A DNA stretch of 64,000 nt, taken from the NCBI GenBank assembly GCA_977030845.1, contig OZ365113.1, positions 15,190,001 through 15,254,000 of the forward strand, read 5' to 3'. The DNA comes from Fimbriosthenelais zetlandica (lineage: Eukaryota). The position numbers were made by a program, and so were the translations under genes. Positions 27,701-40,615 of the stretch are shown one piece after another; position 1 is the stretch's first letter, and every line of letters starts with the position of its first letter. A model generated the notes under the pieces. The model was given only the letters and a program-made list of their open reading frames with translations. It had not been told where the DNA came from and searched no databases.

Positions 27701-29498
27701 TTTTTGAATGAGGAGCCTGACCAAAAATCAGACGAGGAACAGTGAGCTTCGTTGGCATTAGATACCTCATGTTGTCAGATTACAAGGCATTTCAGCTTGA
27801 GCGATTCACTCTCATCTTTCTTTCTAAAAGGCGACCTGTATGCCTGTACTCCATTTTCTACACTCTAAACAGCAGTACTACATTTATCCAGACCATTGTT
27901 CATGAGCCTATATATAACTGCAGCTGTGGATGTATACATTACTACACATGAGGAAAACATAGATCTAGGTGGTGAAATGTCCCCATAATAATTGCAGACC
28001 TATATGGACCTATATGAATCCGTTCTCAGCAATTGGAAATGCAATGCAGAATTCCAGGTCATTGAGACCCTGTTTGGTAAAGGAGTGAAGGAGGTGCTTA
28101 GCAGGCCTGGGAAGTTAATGAAAACGAAGCCCATCTTTGATCTGGTGGCTTCCTCAGTGGGATGAGGAGGACCTTTGATCTGGCAAGGAGGCAAAGCTGT
28201 ATACAGGAGTAGCTCTGAGCATGTGAAGGTCAGCCACAAGACATAGCTTTACGCCAAATTAATTCGGTGTCGATGGTGAATCCATGCCAAGTAAAAGGGG
28301 AGAGTGCTCCTTAATAAGTGCAACACTACCGCATCAATTTATGTGCTGTGGTACAAACACAGTAATCCCCTGTATAATGCAATTGGTAAATATATGCATA
28401 GCCCCTGCCTGATGTTCCCCAAGTACATCTTGAAGCTTTTCGATGGGACGAGTCTATATCTTCTTCGGAGCACCCGCCCCGGGCAGGGCTATTACAACTA
28501 TAAGCCTTTACAATGCAGCCTTTTTCCAGGAAGAACACCCTCTGAGTGACGAACATCCATAATAAAGTCCGTCATAAGAGAAACTCTGATATGACTCTAT
28601 AATTGGACATGGAACCTGAGCACGATACATGTGTCACATGATTTGGTGAGCATCTGAGCGGTGTCTCATCAATCAGCCATGTAGCCTATCTGTATAGGCA
28701 TTGTTCACGTTGCCTCAGGCAGCCTATTACTGAGGCATTAATTATCACATGAAGATGTCTGATATATGCCCCCAAGAGCATAACTTGGACATGGATCCGA
28801 ACATAGGCATAACCAGAATTATATTATTTCATTCTGGGAGTGAGATATCCTAGATGATATCAAATTTAATAAGTGAGCTACACCCATTCGTTCCAAGGAA
28901 GTTATGATCTAAACTTGTAATTCAGTAACCAAACTAGAATAAATTGGTGTCACTATATGCCCCATAGTCTGCATTATGAAATATCCATGTAAGTGATAGG
29001 GAGCAATTAAGGAAGCGTCACTGGCGGTCCTACAGCCTTAATCAAGGGTCTATTGTATAATGTAATTGACACTTAAAGCCGGCAGGTGACAGACTAAGTT
29101 GCACTTTATCCGAGATCACCCATTTAATGGAGAAAGTACGACAAGGGAGAATTGAATGGTTGAGCCTAGTTTTTAGTTGAGGCATCATCGTTTGCTTCCT
29201 ATGTTGTATTCTGCAGTTCTATTTGTTTAATTGCAATGCCTAATTCTGCAGCACATTTAGGATAATTTTAATGCCCAATTCACAAAATGTAAATAGCCGA
29301 TAAGCAAGGCCAAAGACTTTGAAAAGCACTAAGTCTATAAAGCCTAATTTTGATAAGAGAGCAGTAATTAATGTAGCTAATATTACTCATGTCATATCAT
29401 TTTTGGGGGGATAGTTCCCTGAGATAATGTGTATTTGGAGGACCACGTGTTGGGATGTATCAGCCAGGTTGTCACCCAGAGAGCATACCTGTCGTATA

Positions 29499-29546
29499 GG
29501 GCCTGTTTCAAAACAATGCTTTAGCTTATGGTTATGAAACAGGCCC
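29499..29546. mobile_element. Tiny PIF/Harbinger-like MITE remnant (48 bp)
   Basis: Perfect 12-bp inverted ends GGGCCTGTTTCA...TGAAACAGGCCC. Confidence 0.55.
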
Positions 29547-29770
29547 CAGGGGGTGAACTGAAGGTGAGCAGAGGACGCATCACTCCCAGTAGCAAGGTAA
29601 TGCGCAGGCATCAACATACACCATTGTCACGACTGATCAGCCAGATTCGTTCAATGAGCAATCTCACCCTTCCACTATTTTCTCATTGAGTTGTGTTTGT
29701 ATGGGTAACTATGGAAAGCTTATACTATTTAGATATTCTCTATAGATTATATTCAGTGTGACACAAACTG

Positions 29771-29842
29771 GGGCCTGTTTGAACGTGAATATTAGCCATA
29801 TAATAGACTTAGCATTGCTGATGTTCGTTTTGAAACAGACCC
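29771..29842. mobile_element. Second tiny Harbinger-like MITE remnant with related ends
   Basis: Ends GGGCCTGTTTGAA...TTGAAACAGACCC, about 225 bp from the previous copy. Confidence 0.45.
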
Positions 29843-32800
29843 AGGGCTGTATTGAGAATCTGTCTATATTAACAGCATCTCTCTGGGTATTTGGGTTCAT
29901 CTGGGAGGACACTTGCATGTTTGTCGAGCCGAACACAATAAGAACATAAAGCTTACTAAGTGATATTGACCAATATCCTCTCATGGGACTTGCTTTCACT
30001 CCTCGGCTGGATGCTCTAAGATTAAGACTGATACTAGAAAATGTTTTTTTATGAATATACATATAATGATATCAATAATTGTTGGTACCGATATTATATG
30101 TATTATATACATATCAATTTGCTTCCGGTGGTTTGAAACAACAACATATAATTATGCTAAGTCACAACCAACTCCCTTGTGAACAATGTAATTTATTTAG
30201 TGACATCCACACACCCCAAAGCAACTGCTGTCAATATTTATATTCCTTAGCACACCAGTACCTTTTGTAGCCGCATCATCCTGTATTCACTACAGACCAT
30301 CTTTGGGACATATTCCATTTCTGAAGGTAAATACGACCCCTGCACTATAACAGCACATACCGGCAGGGCTAAAAAAATCCATTCTGGTGGCTACTCAGCT
30401 AAGCCTATAGCTTAGACGAGGAACGCAAGTTCTTTATACTTCATGTAATGTGCCTGCTGCAAAAGATGTATACTTTGGGGTCAGGAAATCGAAATTGAAA
30501 TTGCCCCAGAAAACATCTATAAATATATTAGATTAGATGTGATAAGCCACTAGTAACTTATCTTTATTTCGAGGCCCAGCTCTGTGAGAATTTTGTTCCC
30601 CACTGGAAGCAATCTAGAGAAAGGGTGTGAGTAGCCATTTACCAACCTCCCTGAGAGGTCTCGTCCCTCAGCTGAAGGGTCTACTCTGCCTCTTTTGTCC
30701 ATGTCCCCATAGCTAGGGTCACTTCACATAAATGAGATTTCTGGAAGTATTCCACAGATTGTTGTGTGTTTACGCCAAACACTTGTCTTGTCTTATCAAC
30801 ATATAGTCGATATACTTCTCAGTGTACATTAACGTTTCCCAAGCAACTAATTTAATGATCGCCTCTGGCTCTGTACTTTAATATCCAAGATCTAATACTG
30901 CGTTTCAGCAACAATAGTTGATTATTCAGAATAAAAACTGTGTAAGGCGAGATTAATGACATCAGTTTCTCTTAGGTTTAAGCTAGCTATGATTATTAAT
31001 TAAATTGAAAAGTGCCAAAACAAATTACTAAGAGGTTTTATAATTTATGAAACGGAATATGTGGGATAGAAAAAAGTAACTTTAACTTTTAAGAGAACTA
31101 TATAATTATGATACACACCATTGATCCACGTGTCCAGCTTAGATCAACCCACGGCTAGGATCACTGCAATCCCTGTGTCCCTTCAGGCCAGGCTATAAGT
31201 AAAAGTATCAGAGTCCATATGGGTGACTGTAGATGGCCCTAGTCCATGTAAACACCTATCCATGCAGGCAAACTGAACATATGGGGAGCCAAGAAGAGAG
31301 AATGAGAGAGTTTTTGGTTGTGCCTGAGCTACATACCAAATATATACCTTAATTATAAAGCTTTATAATGGGAGGGGCCATAGTGTGGGGAAAAGGGTAG
31401 CATTAGTCATTACATATTGCACAGAGCCTATCCCACAGACACCCGTATCCCTGACCTTGCTATTATCCAAAATACAAAAACAAAAAATACAATAAAGTCC
31501 GAAAAGAAATTAAGTAGCCTGAAGCATGTCTGTTTTTTGGTTTTGAAGCAAGTTGTTAGCTTGAAGCAACTACCAAGCCTATAATGAATACAGTCTTGCA
31601 GCCATAGGGCCTACATAAAATGTTAATGATTATTTTCTACAAAATGGAACCAAACCCGCATACACTCTGTTCAGCTGCTGACTGACATATTACTACTATA
31701 CTCCAGGTGGTCTATTATCGAGGTATCTTAATATTGGATTTCAATAACTATCAAATACTAGTGGCTTGGTGTAAGAGCTTTGCCGGGGAGCTTTGGTTGT
31801 GATTATTTGGTTAATTTCAGATGAGGTTACATAATGCAACATAGTGGTATCTGGTATCACTTAGTCATACATAATTATAGCATTGATTTCTCAGATAATG
31901 ACATGAATCCGATATAATACAATGCTGAATGGAAATCCCCCATTAAAGACTCAGCAGCTCAATCTATGGATCCTCTCTCGGGGTTCGTTTTTACTGATTT
32001 ACAGATCGTTGTCCTTACTGGATTCCTGTCTAATGACTGGGATCAGTTGCTAATGGCAAAAATCTGCAATCTTAACATTCCAAAAATAGTCTTGAAAGGA
32101 ACTCTGAAGTGCAATTATTCTTCAAGTTCAAATATAGTTCATAACCTATGTATGCCCTAGAGAACTTAACCCACCAAGGCGTGAGTTCTCTATTCCATTT
32201 AGTACATACTCCTTAAGATCAAATCCACGGTAACTTTCCGGATAATTTCAATGCTCAGGCCTTCGACCTTCGTCATCTATCACCTTTTGTGCGCGAGAGA
32301 TTCTAACACCTCGTCATGTAATAGTCTTCCCATTAAGTTCATTGTACAATAATATAGAGATTCAAACCGTTCAATATAAGATATATTCGAGCTCTATAAT
32401 GAACGCTCAATGGCAAAGTATATGTACTAATTTAGGATATGCAAGTACTTGTTGCGACACGATGTACTCTGGGGAATGAGGGTGACATGAGGTTCATGAT
32501 TGTCAAGATTTGACTAATGTAAAAGTACTAGGATATACATGAGGACTGTCACCCTTGTAAAAGTAGACCCTGTAGCCTATAAACCAATGTTTAAATAATC
32601 AATACGGTGCTAAGTATCATACTCTATTACATATGAGTGCACCCCAAGGCTAAAGAACTATGACATTGTATAAATACATTTTCATGTATGGAACCCTCTC
32701 GCGAGTTTAAAGTGACGGTTGGTAAATGTAATGATTACATGTCTGCTCTTAACCTCAGTCATTTTGGGGACAGAGGGAAGCTGGTACATGCATATTAATC

Positions 32801-33149
32801 CTGTTATATGAAATGAGCAGCACACCGCCCTTCCATTACTCATCTGAGTGCAGCCAAGGCCAGGCACCGAAATTAATGTCAGGGTAAGAGGAACAAATAC
32901 TCCATGTAGGCCACTAATGCACATCTAATAATTAATATTTTGGTTGGCTCCTCACTGACTTGAACATTTGTGGGTTTTCGGAAATCTCACCAAGATTCAA
33001 GTATTTTATAATGAGCAATTTCTGGGTCACTATTTATAATGTCAACATTTTCGTCAGGGCTGGCATTGCTGAAGGGTAACCCTCTACTCTACCATGAATA
33101 AGCTTGAATGAAATTAAAGGGATAGTTGTGTTGAGGCTGTTGGTCTGCC

Positions 33150-33580
33150 TCAGGATATAAGCAGTGGTGGTTCGTGGGTGGAATCTATGGTGACCCACAG
33201 GCAGTCTGATGATACCTCTTCGTCAGGCTGTCATTATTCAGTCTCCTGACTGCTCAACTGAATGGGGTACGTGTGATGTGACTTGAAGCCAGTGGTACCG
33301 TTAGACTTGAAGCATTTCACATGTGACATTGCATCAAATCCTACCAATAAGGAACATGATCAGAACATTCTTCACGCTTTCCCCACTCTGATGAATAACC
33401 AGTGTTTCATCACGATTCTGGGGAAATAATTTAAGACTGACATGAAGATGTATTGTCGTTGATTCGCTGGGTAGGAATGGCCAAATAAGCATGTCCAGAC
33501 ACTTCTATGGGGCCAGCCACTCATCACTCGTTTGGCTGAATGGCAACAATGACTGATTGCTGCAATTACCAAAGCCATAT
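33150..33580 (-). mobile_element. Possible decayed Gypsy/Ty3 pol fragment (pre-integrase region)
   Basis: Motifs occur in the expected order across frames: VMSGWP, RIVM, IHQSG, YW, CEMLQ, LWVTID. Confidence 0.3.
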
Positions 33581-36500
33581 AGCTCTTATTTCAGAAGTTA
33601 GATACACTACATGAAAGTACTGGGCCTCTGCATGTTAGATCTGTTTCGTTTAGCACATCTAACTACACATGTATGTAGTTATAAAACTGAAATTATGCAC
33701 ATTCTCCCACTGTTATTCCGGTCATTGTGCAACGATGCTTTTTGTGTGCAGACAGCGTCTGAGACTGCTGAAAAGATGCTGACTGGACGTTAAACAAATC
33801 TTCACCGGAATGAAACCACGCCACTGTGGCATGACTATCGAGTCCATTATGATTATGTGACTGGTGTAACCCAATGAGGAAATTAGTTAAATTAGATTTG
33901 GGAAACGTACATGTGTATGAGACAAGTCCGTGCTGAATAGATAAAGTAGTTACTCTAAATAGGCGTTCTTGACAGTGACAGTCGAGGTACTTGGGTAAGT
34001 GTTGTTACGGGAATTTTTGGACCAGTAATTAGAGGGATATCTTGTCTATAAATTACACCTGGCAGGATAACTATTTCGTCAGTGACGGGCCTGTCTGACA
34101 TGGTATAAAATAATTGATCATAAGGAAAGAACATGACACAATTTTGTCCACTTTTGTCATTATGATACATGAGACATCTATGACAGATGAGAGGTATGAG
34201 CCATAAGAATCAAGGCACATCTGATCCTTCAAATCCCGATCAAGTCTCATGCTGTTTTTCAGATAAAAGAGCCGTGTCAGTTAATACCATAAAACATGCT
34301 TGATGATAAAAGGCGTTTTTATATTCATATTTAAAGGATCTAGCTGATGCAATTACCCACACTGCCTGAGCAGAAATTGTAGTCTTATCTGAATAATATA
34401 GTTATACCTTTAATTTGATCGGACAAATTAGTATAGTCGATACTCAACTTTCTTATATTATATATACCCACAAGAAAGCAATCTCATTGCAATAGTTCTC
34501 TTGGATATTTTCTATGGCTCTAGTATAGGATAAAACATGACGGGGAAAAATAACTCGGAGAAACCAGGAAACAATAAAAGGTATTATTTATACGACTACC
34601 GTTGGTAGTTTTTAGTGACCAAGGAAATGTATACGACTAAATATATGAGTGGGGCCGTTTCGTATGTACTTGACAGGATACATATATACAGTTGTAGAAG
34701 ACCTGCAGGTGGAAGTACTGGATATCATGTAAGGGTAACCATGTGGTTGGTAACATGGAAGTATTTCGAACATGCCTATAGGGAAGAAAACCTTTAGATA
34801 ATGTATAATACTTAAAAGCTTTGATTTATAAATATAAGGATTACACACTGAGGCCCATTTGAATGTTTTAGGTCATTCAAGCATCATAGTTCTTTGACAT
34901 GCATGGACGACATTAAGAAGTTAAATATTTATATTTACTAGTTCCAATATTGACGGTGGGGAATTCTCTGCCTGTGTATGCCACTTGGCTCTCTGTGGAC
35001 TTCTCCAGAGTTCATCTAATGCAGAACCATTCATTTTCAAATACAAAGCCATTACCTCACTTGTAGCCAGGACAATAGAAAACAGCAGCTAATTATATCA
35101 TTCTAATTACCTATTCTTGTCCTATCGTTCATGAAAAAGGAAAGGGAAATGAAGTCATCAAAAGGGCTTTATGTTCATATTCTTTCGTAATGGCTTCCCA
35201 TCGAAGTGTGATTCATTTGTATAATTAGAGATTATGTGGTTTTACATCAGATTATAAATGCATTATACTCCTGTAATTAGCTCTTGTAGTTTCTATCGGT
35301 TCTTCAATCTTTATATTTTAGCCAGTTATATTCATTTTTGCATTCATTGTTCTCCTAAAATGTAATTATTTAACAGAAATTGTGGCCATCATATAGCTTT
35401 GGGGATGGTTAAAAGCAACGTTGATTACACAGATAATAATATGTACCAAATGCAAATAAGATGTATAAGAGATAACACTAAAGCAAAAACTTGCCTACAA
35501 AAGTCTACTTTAGTTGTACATCGAGCCATTTTCATCAGCCTCTGGTGCATGGAGTACATACTGCAGCCTGACTCGCGATACTGACCCTTGCTTAATAAGT
35601 GGCTGCAGGAGGTACCGTCCAGGGCCTCATTCAAAACCAAACGCTACGCCATGGCTATCCACACACTAAGCAAGACTTACAAGCTGCTCTTTCAGTGTTC
35701 AAGCTGTTTTACATGCTGCCCACACCCTCTGAGTTCCCTATTTCCCTGCGTCCTATATATAAGTTCCTCAGGCTTGATGGGCAAAACTTTTTGCCCTCGT
35801 GGAAATGGAGACCTATTTCATTGTGTGAAAGAGTCGCTCAAAAATAGAGCAACACCTCTCTGTGTTAGCCTACTTCGTCAATTCATTGCGATTTCGCCTC
35901 ACACAGCTTCCGACGTATTTATTACCAATTAGGAAGGGCCCTTTGAGTTTTAACAAATTTATATTCACAGCTTAGCACTTATAGAGGACATATTTAGTGA
36001 GCCTGCTGTGGTTTCTTCGCCCTTTTGGTCGATAAAACCCCCATCATGCAGTGGTAAAGGCCCTTTGATCTAGGCCAGAGATATACATCAAACTGTTGGA
36101 TGTTGGAGGTCCTATTATATGGAGCACATACTTCAGAAATGGCTGCACTTTTATCTAACTGAATTTCAGATCTTTGTTCTTTCTATCTATAGCAGAAACA
36201 TTTTGTAATGAATTTTTTTTACCTGCCCTATATAGGGTTAAATAATCTGCTGTCTATCAAATTGACACACTGTCGCAGGGTTTTCAGGCGGACAAGTGGT
36301 TGATAGATATTGACCTTCCTCTGCATCAGTTTCCTTTTGAAATGAGCATGAAATACAGCGATTATCAGAATTGGTCAAAGAAGTGTAGTCAGAAATAATT
36401 CAGGAACTTTTTACCCTGGACATTAATAATGGAATCCCTGCACCTCCCAGCCGAGTCCATAATTTAAAACAATTTACACATTCATTCAATCACAAGCTGT

Positions 36501-39500
36501 AAGCTCTGAGTCTGTATCATTCATGAAATCTTAGCCTACGGATGTTAAGCGAAGCATTTCTGTCTTTTCTACAAGCCTCGCTCTCCTATGAGACACGGGT
36601 GTTCTTATGCTTTGTTAGTCAGCAGTCATTGGCATCAATTGGTCCCTCATACATCATGAACAATATGCTAATGCCTTGTTACTGGAGACGTGCAGGTGTA
36701 TGATCGTGCGCAACAAGCGTGCTATATTATGTATGGGGAAGGGAAATAATATAGCCTCTGGTATATGGGCACTGCACAACCATGTGTCACAGCCTAAAAA
36801 GTGGGTATTTCAAGTAAGATGACCCTACATATATAGGCAAATATGCCAAAGCTTATAATTATTTTTCAGGCTAAAGAGACGTATTTCCCAATATTTGTTT
36901 CCCAATCAGTATACAAATACCATCCGAATATAAGAAATGAAAATTGAATATAGGAACTTCCAAAGAATATTTGAACAAATTGTTTAAAAGTCACCAAATT
37001 GTTTGATTTTAAGACATCGAAGGCATTTTCAAGTGACAACTGCATGGGTAATTGCATGGTGGCCCAATTTCAAATGCCAATGGTAATATTTCATTTGGAA
37101 TATGCGTGTAGAACCTAAATGCCAGCTAAATCTGTAATAAAAAGGCTAGCTATTGCCATGGTGAAACAAATACTGAATGAGGCAGTCTTCTTGGACACTT
37201 GGGAGTGGTCAGCAAGTGGTCAGTAGTGGTCATTTTGGTTGAGTGATCTGTCTTCTCTGATTAGGCTTATTCGCGTTATTGGACAAGAGACCTGTAGTGA
37301 CAGGGGGACAAACATGTAGAGAGCTCACTTATTGATTAGGAGTCTGTGCAAACAGAATGTAGGAGACTATGGACATAGTGTCATCTCTAGGTCTCAAAGT
37401 TTGACGGTGTGCAGCTGTGTCTCAGGTCTCATCTCACAAGAAAAAAAATTGATGCACAGCATGAGCCCATAGACTTACAATGTTTAACCTGGCCGGTCAC
37501 CAACCAACTCATTGGAATAAACCAGCCCTGCGTTAATAACCGACAGCAAGTAAATTGTATTCTACTTGTTTACTTTAAATATATCATATGGACGTCACTG
37601 AATATTTTGCCATTCCAAATCCGAACGTACAAGAAACATAATCCTACCTGTATCATTTTCTTTTTCATTTTGAAAAACCAATTGTGATTCAAATCCAAAC
37701 CGGGGTAAAGGTGACGACCCAGAGGTTTGCTGAAATACTCAGGAGAGATAATGATTTGTTTTACTTCAAGAATGGTGTTTCCAAGTTGGCAAAGACCACA
37801 AATTCAGTTCTCTTGAAAGTTTTTAATGGTTTCAACATGTTTCAGCTCTCAAAAACGTTAACATGATTCACTGGCTTTGATGCTTTTGAAAAGGTGTTCG
37901 CTGTGCAAATTATGAGAAGAAAAGTCTCAGATTGAAAGGGTTCAAAAACCCCTCGTCCATCAGCCTTCTCATTACCTGAAAAAAAATTCATGAGATTTTA
38001 ATCTCAGAGGGTCACCCCTCGCATAGAGGGTCATGTGAACACTACAGGATTATCATTTTTTTTATATAATTAAATTATGCCTGCCTAAATGGTTTATTTC
38101 TCTTGACAGGTCATTAAACCCCATGAGTTCTATAAAACATTACTATAACTTACTAACTGTAAATGTTATTTATACTTGATTGAGCTTATGTAATCTGAGA
38201 CTGAGATGGGTCTTAAAAGATGGATATTATATTATATCCCATTTCGTCTTATTTTCATTTCATCAGAATAGGTAGGCCTACCCGATATCCAGCACATCTG
38301 TAAGAAAACCTACGAAAGTATGAAATTACACTGATTGCACATAAAATGGGTCGGTGGATGGGGGGGCCTTGTACTTGGCAATATTTGAAAAGGCAAATCA
38401 GCATAAGGGACAATTTTCAGCGGGGTAATTAGAAATCCTGCCAAATAAGTTGAACCGGCTTCTTCGGTTTACGACAGCGAATGCAAAAATCCTTGGAAAA
38501 TCTTAGGAAAATTGTGATTGCGCCCACTGAGAGATCTGTATTAAATCTGGGTATTTCCTTGAGCTGCTTTTCATTAGAAATGAGCAATTTCCGGCAATAT
38601 TTTCTTGGCTTATGGCAATGCTTCAGAGCTGGAAGATAAAATGGCGATGTTCTTTCATCCCTTATTTCTCGTAATTTACTAGGCTTTATCGTTCATCGTG
38701 ACCATTTCCTTCAGATATCCTCTTCAAATCATGGGGATTACTGTCTTGACTGACACCAAGAAATAGTATTACTTCCCTAACAATATTCTATAGGCTTATG
38801 TGGGTGTATCACCACTTGTTGAGTAAACTATCTTGTGCTTTAATGGGGTAGTCCATCCTCAGTCTATTATGATACAAACGTCATGGAATTAGGAAGTATT
38901 TTGACATTAATTTTGCTATATAGAATTCCTTAGACGAACCTACATAGAAGTGTTATTGAAAATCCTGGTCATTTCTTCGAGTCAGATATGTATTCGCAAG
39001 GAACCTGTATGAACAAAAATGACAGGAAGTATCGTTGGTTTCCATCAGGCGCAAGATTGTGTTGTCACCTATAGACCATTCATTCCACTCTTCTGATATT
39101 TTTCATCGGAGAATTCCTCCTTTTGCACTATTCATCACATATTGCGGGTGGAATATGGTTACTTTCAGATTCCAGGGGAGACAAAATAGTATCTTTTCCT
39201 CCAGATATCTCTCCATTGCCGCCAATAGAAAGGATATAACGCGTAGGCTTATTTATTAATAAAAGTAGAGGCAAATAGGAGGGGCAAATAGGATCTTTCG
39301 CCAATTTGGGGGGTTTTATATCACGTATTGATGAAGAAAAACCCCAGAAATGTTATTATCCTGTTTGGCCAATAATATGCGAAGTCATGGAGAGTTTTGA
39401 AATGTTAGATGGTGAGGCTCATGTGTTGAGCGTGTCTTACCTGTCCGTTCTTGGCCATCAGTGATTGGCTATCCGAACAGGTGTATGAGGACTAGTTTAG

Positions 39501-39672
39501 GATTATTATGTCACAGGAAATTCAATTATAAATAATGATATTTCCCTATGAAATCGAATAGTTAGAAATCGATAGAGATCAGCATCACACAAAACGAGTC
39601 CCACAAGATACTGCATGATTCCAGTTGTTTATTAGGAAATTCTCCTTATAGATGTCTCTCGTCACATTCGAG

Positions 39673-39986
39673 TTTTTTTTAGTTTGAATTTGTATAGAGC
39701 CATATTATTGGTGAAGCCAGCTCATACTCTTGATGATTCAAGTTTTACATATGATTTTCAGCTGGGGGCTCTTTATCTACAAGCACATCTACATTGGCTT
39801 CTGTACAATGGATATTTCTAGGTGCATCTGCCCTAGAACATATATATATGTACAACACACCAACACCCTGAGGAGGGAGGCATTGGAAATGCCTTGGACA
39901 GCTCGGAGGATTGAACTGCCGACCCTTCGATCATGTGTCAATCACCCTGTATGAGCTGGCGCTCTAACCAACTAAGCTAACTCCCC
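39673..39986 (-). mobile_element. tRNA-derived SINE (tRNA-like head 39895-39986; 3' extent uncertain)
   Basis: The minus strand begins GGGGAGTTAGCTTAGTTGGTTAGAGCG. It has Pol III box A (TAGCTTAGTTGG) and box B (AGTTCAATCC). The acceptor, anticodon and T stems pair poorly, so it is not a functional tRNA. A possible A-rich tail lies at 39680-39673. Confidence 0.65.
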
Positions 39987-40367
39987 TCCTATTTATAAAT
40001 CCCATATAGAAAGAGAGCATGATGCCTGACATGTCAAAGACTTAGAAATGCTGACCAAAACTGTATTCCTACACAGAATTCATGAACAGGACATAATCAA
40101 ATAGCTTGTGAACTGAACCTGCATGCTCCATGGGTTCTCTAATATTCCTGTGCTGCCTAATCTATCTATTCTCTAATAGGATTGCTCTGTTTGTCAATGT
40201 CTGCTTGATTAGCCTAGTGACGACCCAGCCCAACAAAGACGATTATGAGAAATATATATGTGCTTTGCTGCCAGTTGTCTCGCCCGAGGATCTATGCATT
40301 CGTCATCTTCGTATCTTTCTGATTTGGGTTCTGTGAACAATCACCATCTTTTTCCACCCACCATGCA

Positions 40368-40615
40368 GTTGCCACTTTCTTATTAAATAACGAGCGCACG
40401 CATGTCGAACGCATTTGTAGCGAGACTTTTAGCAATAATACCAAAGGAGAGAAACGTTAGCGAACACAAAACTAAACTAGATCAAATAGGGTTAACTAAC
40501 GAACGCAAGCCTGGGATAAATTTGAAGCGCATTTTGGTCTAAAAACTGTTTTTTGACGCACTTTGCACTGAATGCGTTCGTTATGCGTTAATTTTAACTA
40601 TAAGAAACGGGTCCT
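40368..40615. mobile_element. Harbinger-like MITE with imperfect TIRs
   Basis: The right end reads AGGACCCGTTTCTTATAG...ACGCATAACGAACGCATT on the minus strand. The left end has TTTCTTAT...ACGCATGTCGAACGCATT. The interior is CpG-rich. Confidence 0.5.

Noticed and set aside
28003-28300. Protein-like plus frame (MDLYESVLSNW...) followed by LYAKL
   Set aside because: Spacing is inconsistent with Gypsy RT and I recognise no other family.
32040-32100. VKIADFC kinase-like motif on the minus strand
   Set aside because: No HRD loop upstream and stops on both sides.
39895-39986. Functional tRNA-Met/Ile(CAT)
   Set aside because: The anticodon stem is one base short and has no complementary 3' strand, and the acceptor and T stems are mismatched. 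It is treated as a SINE head.
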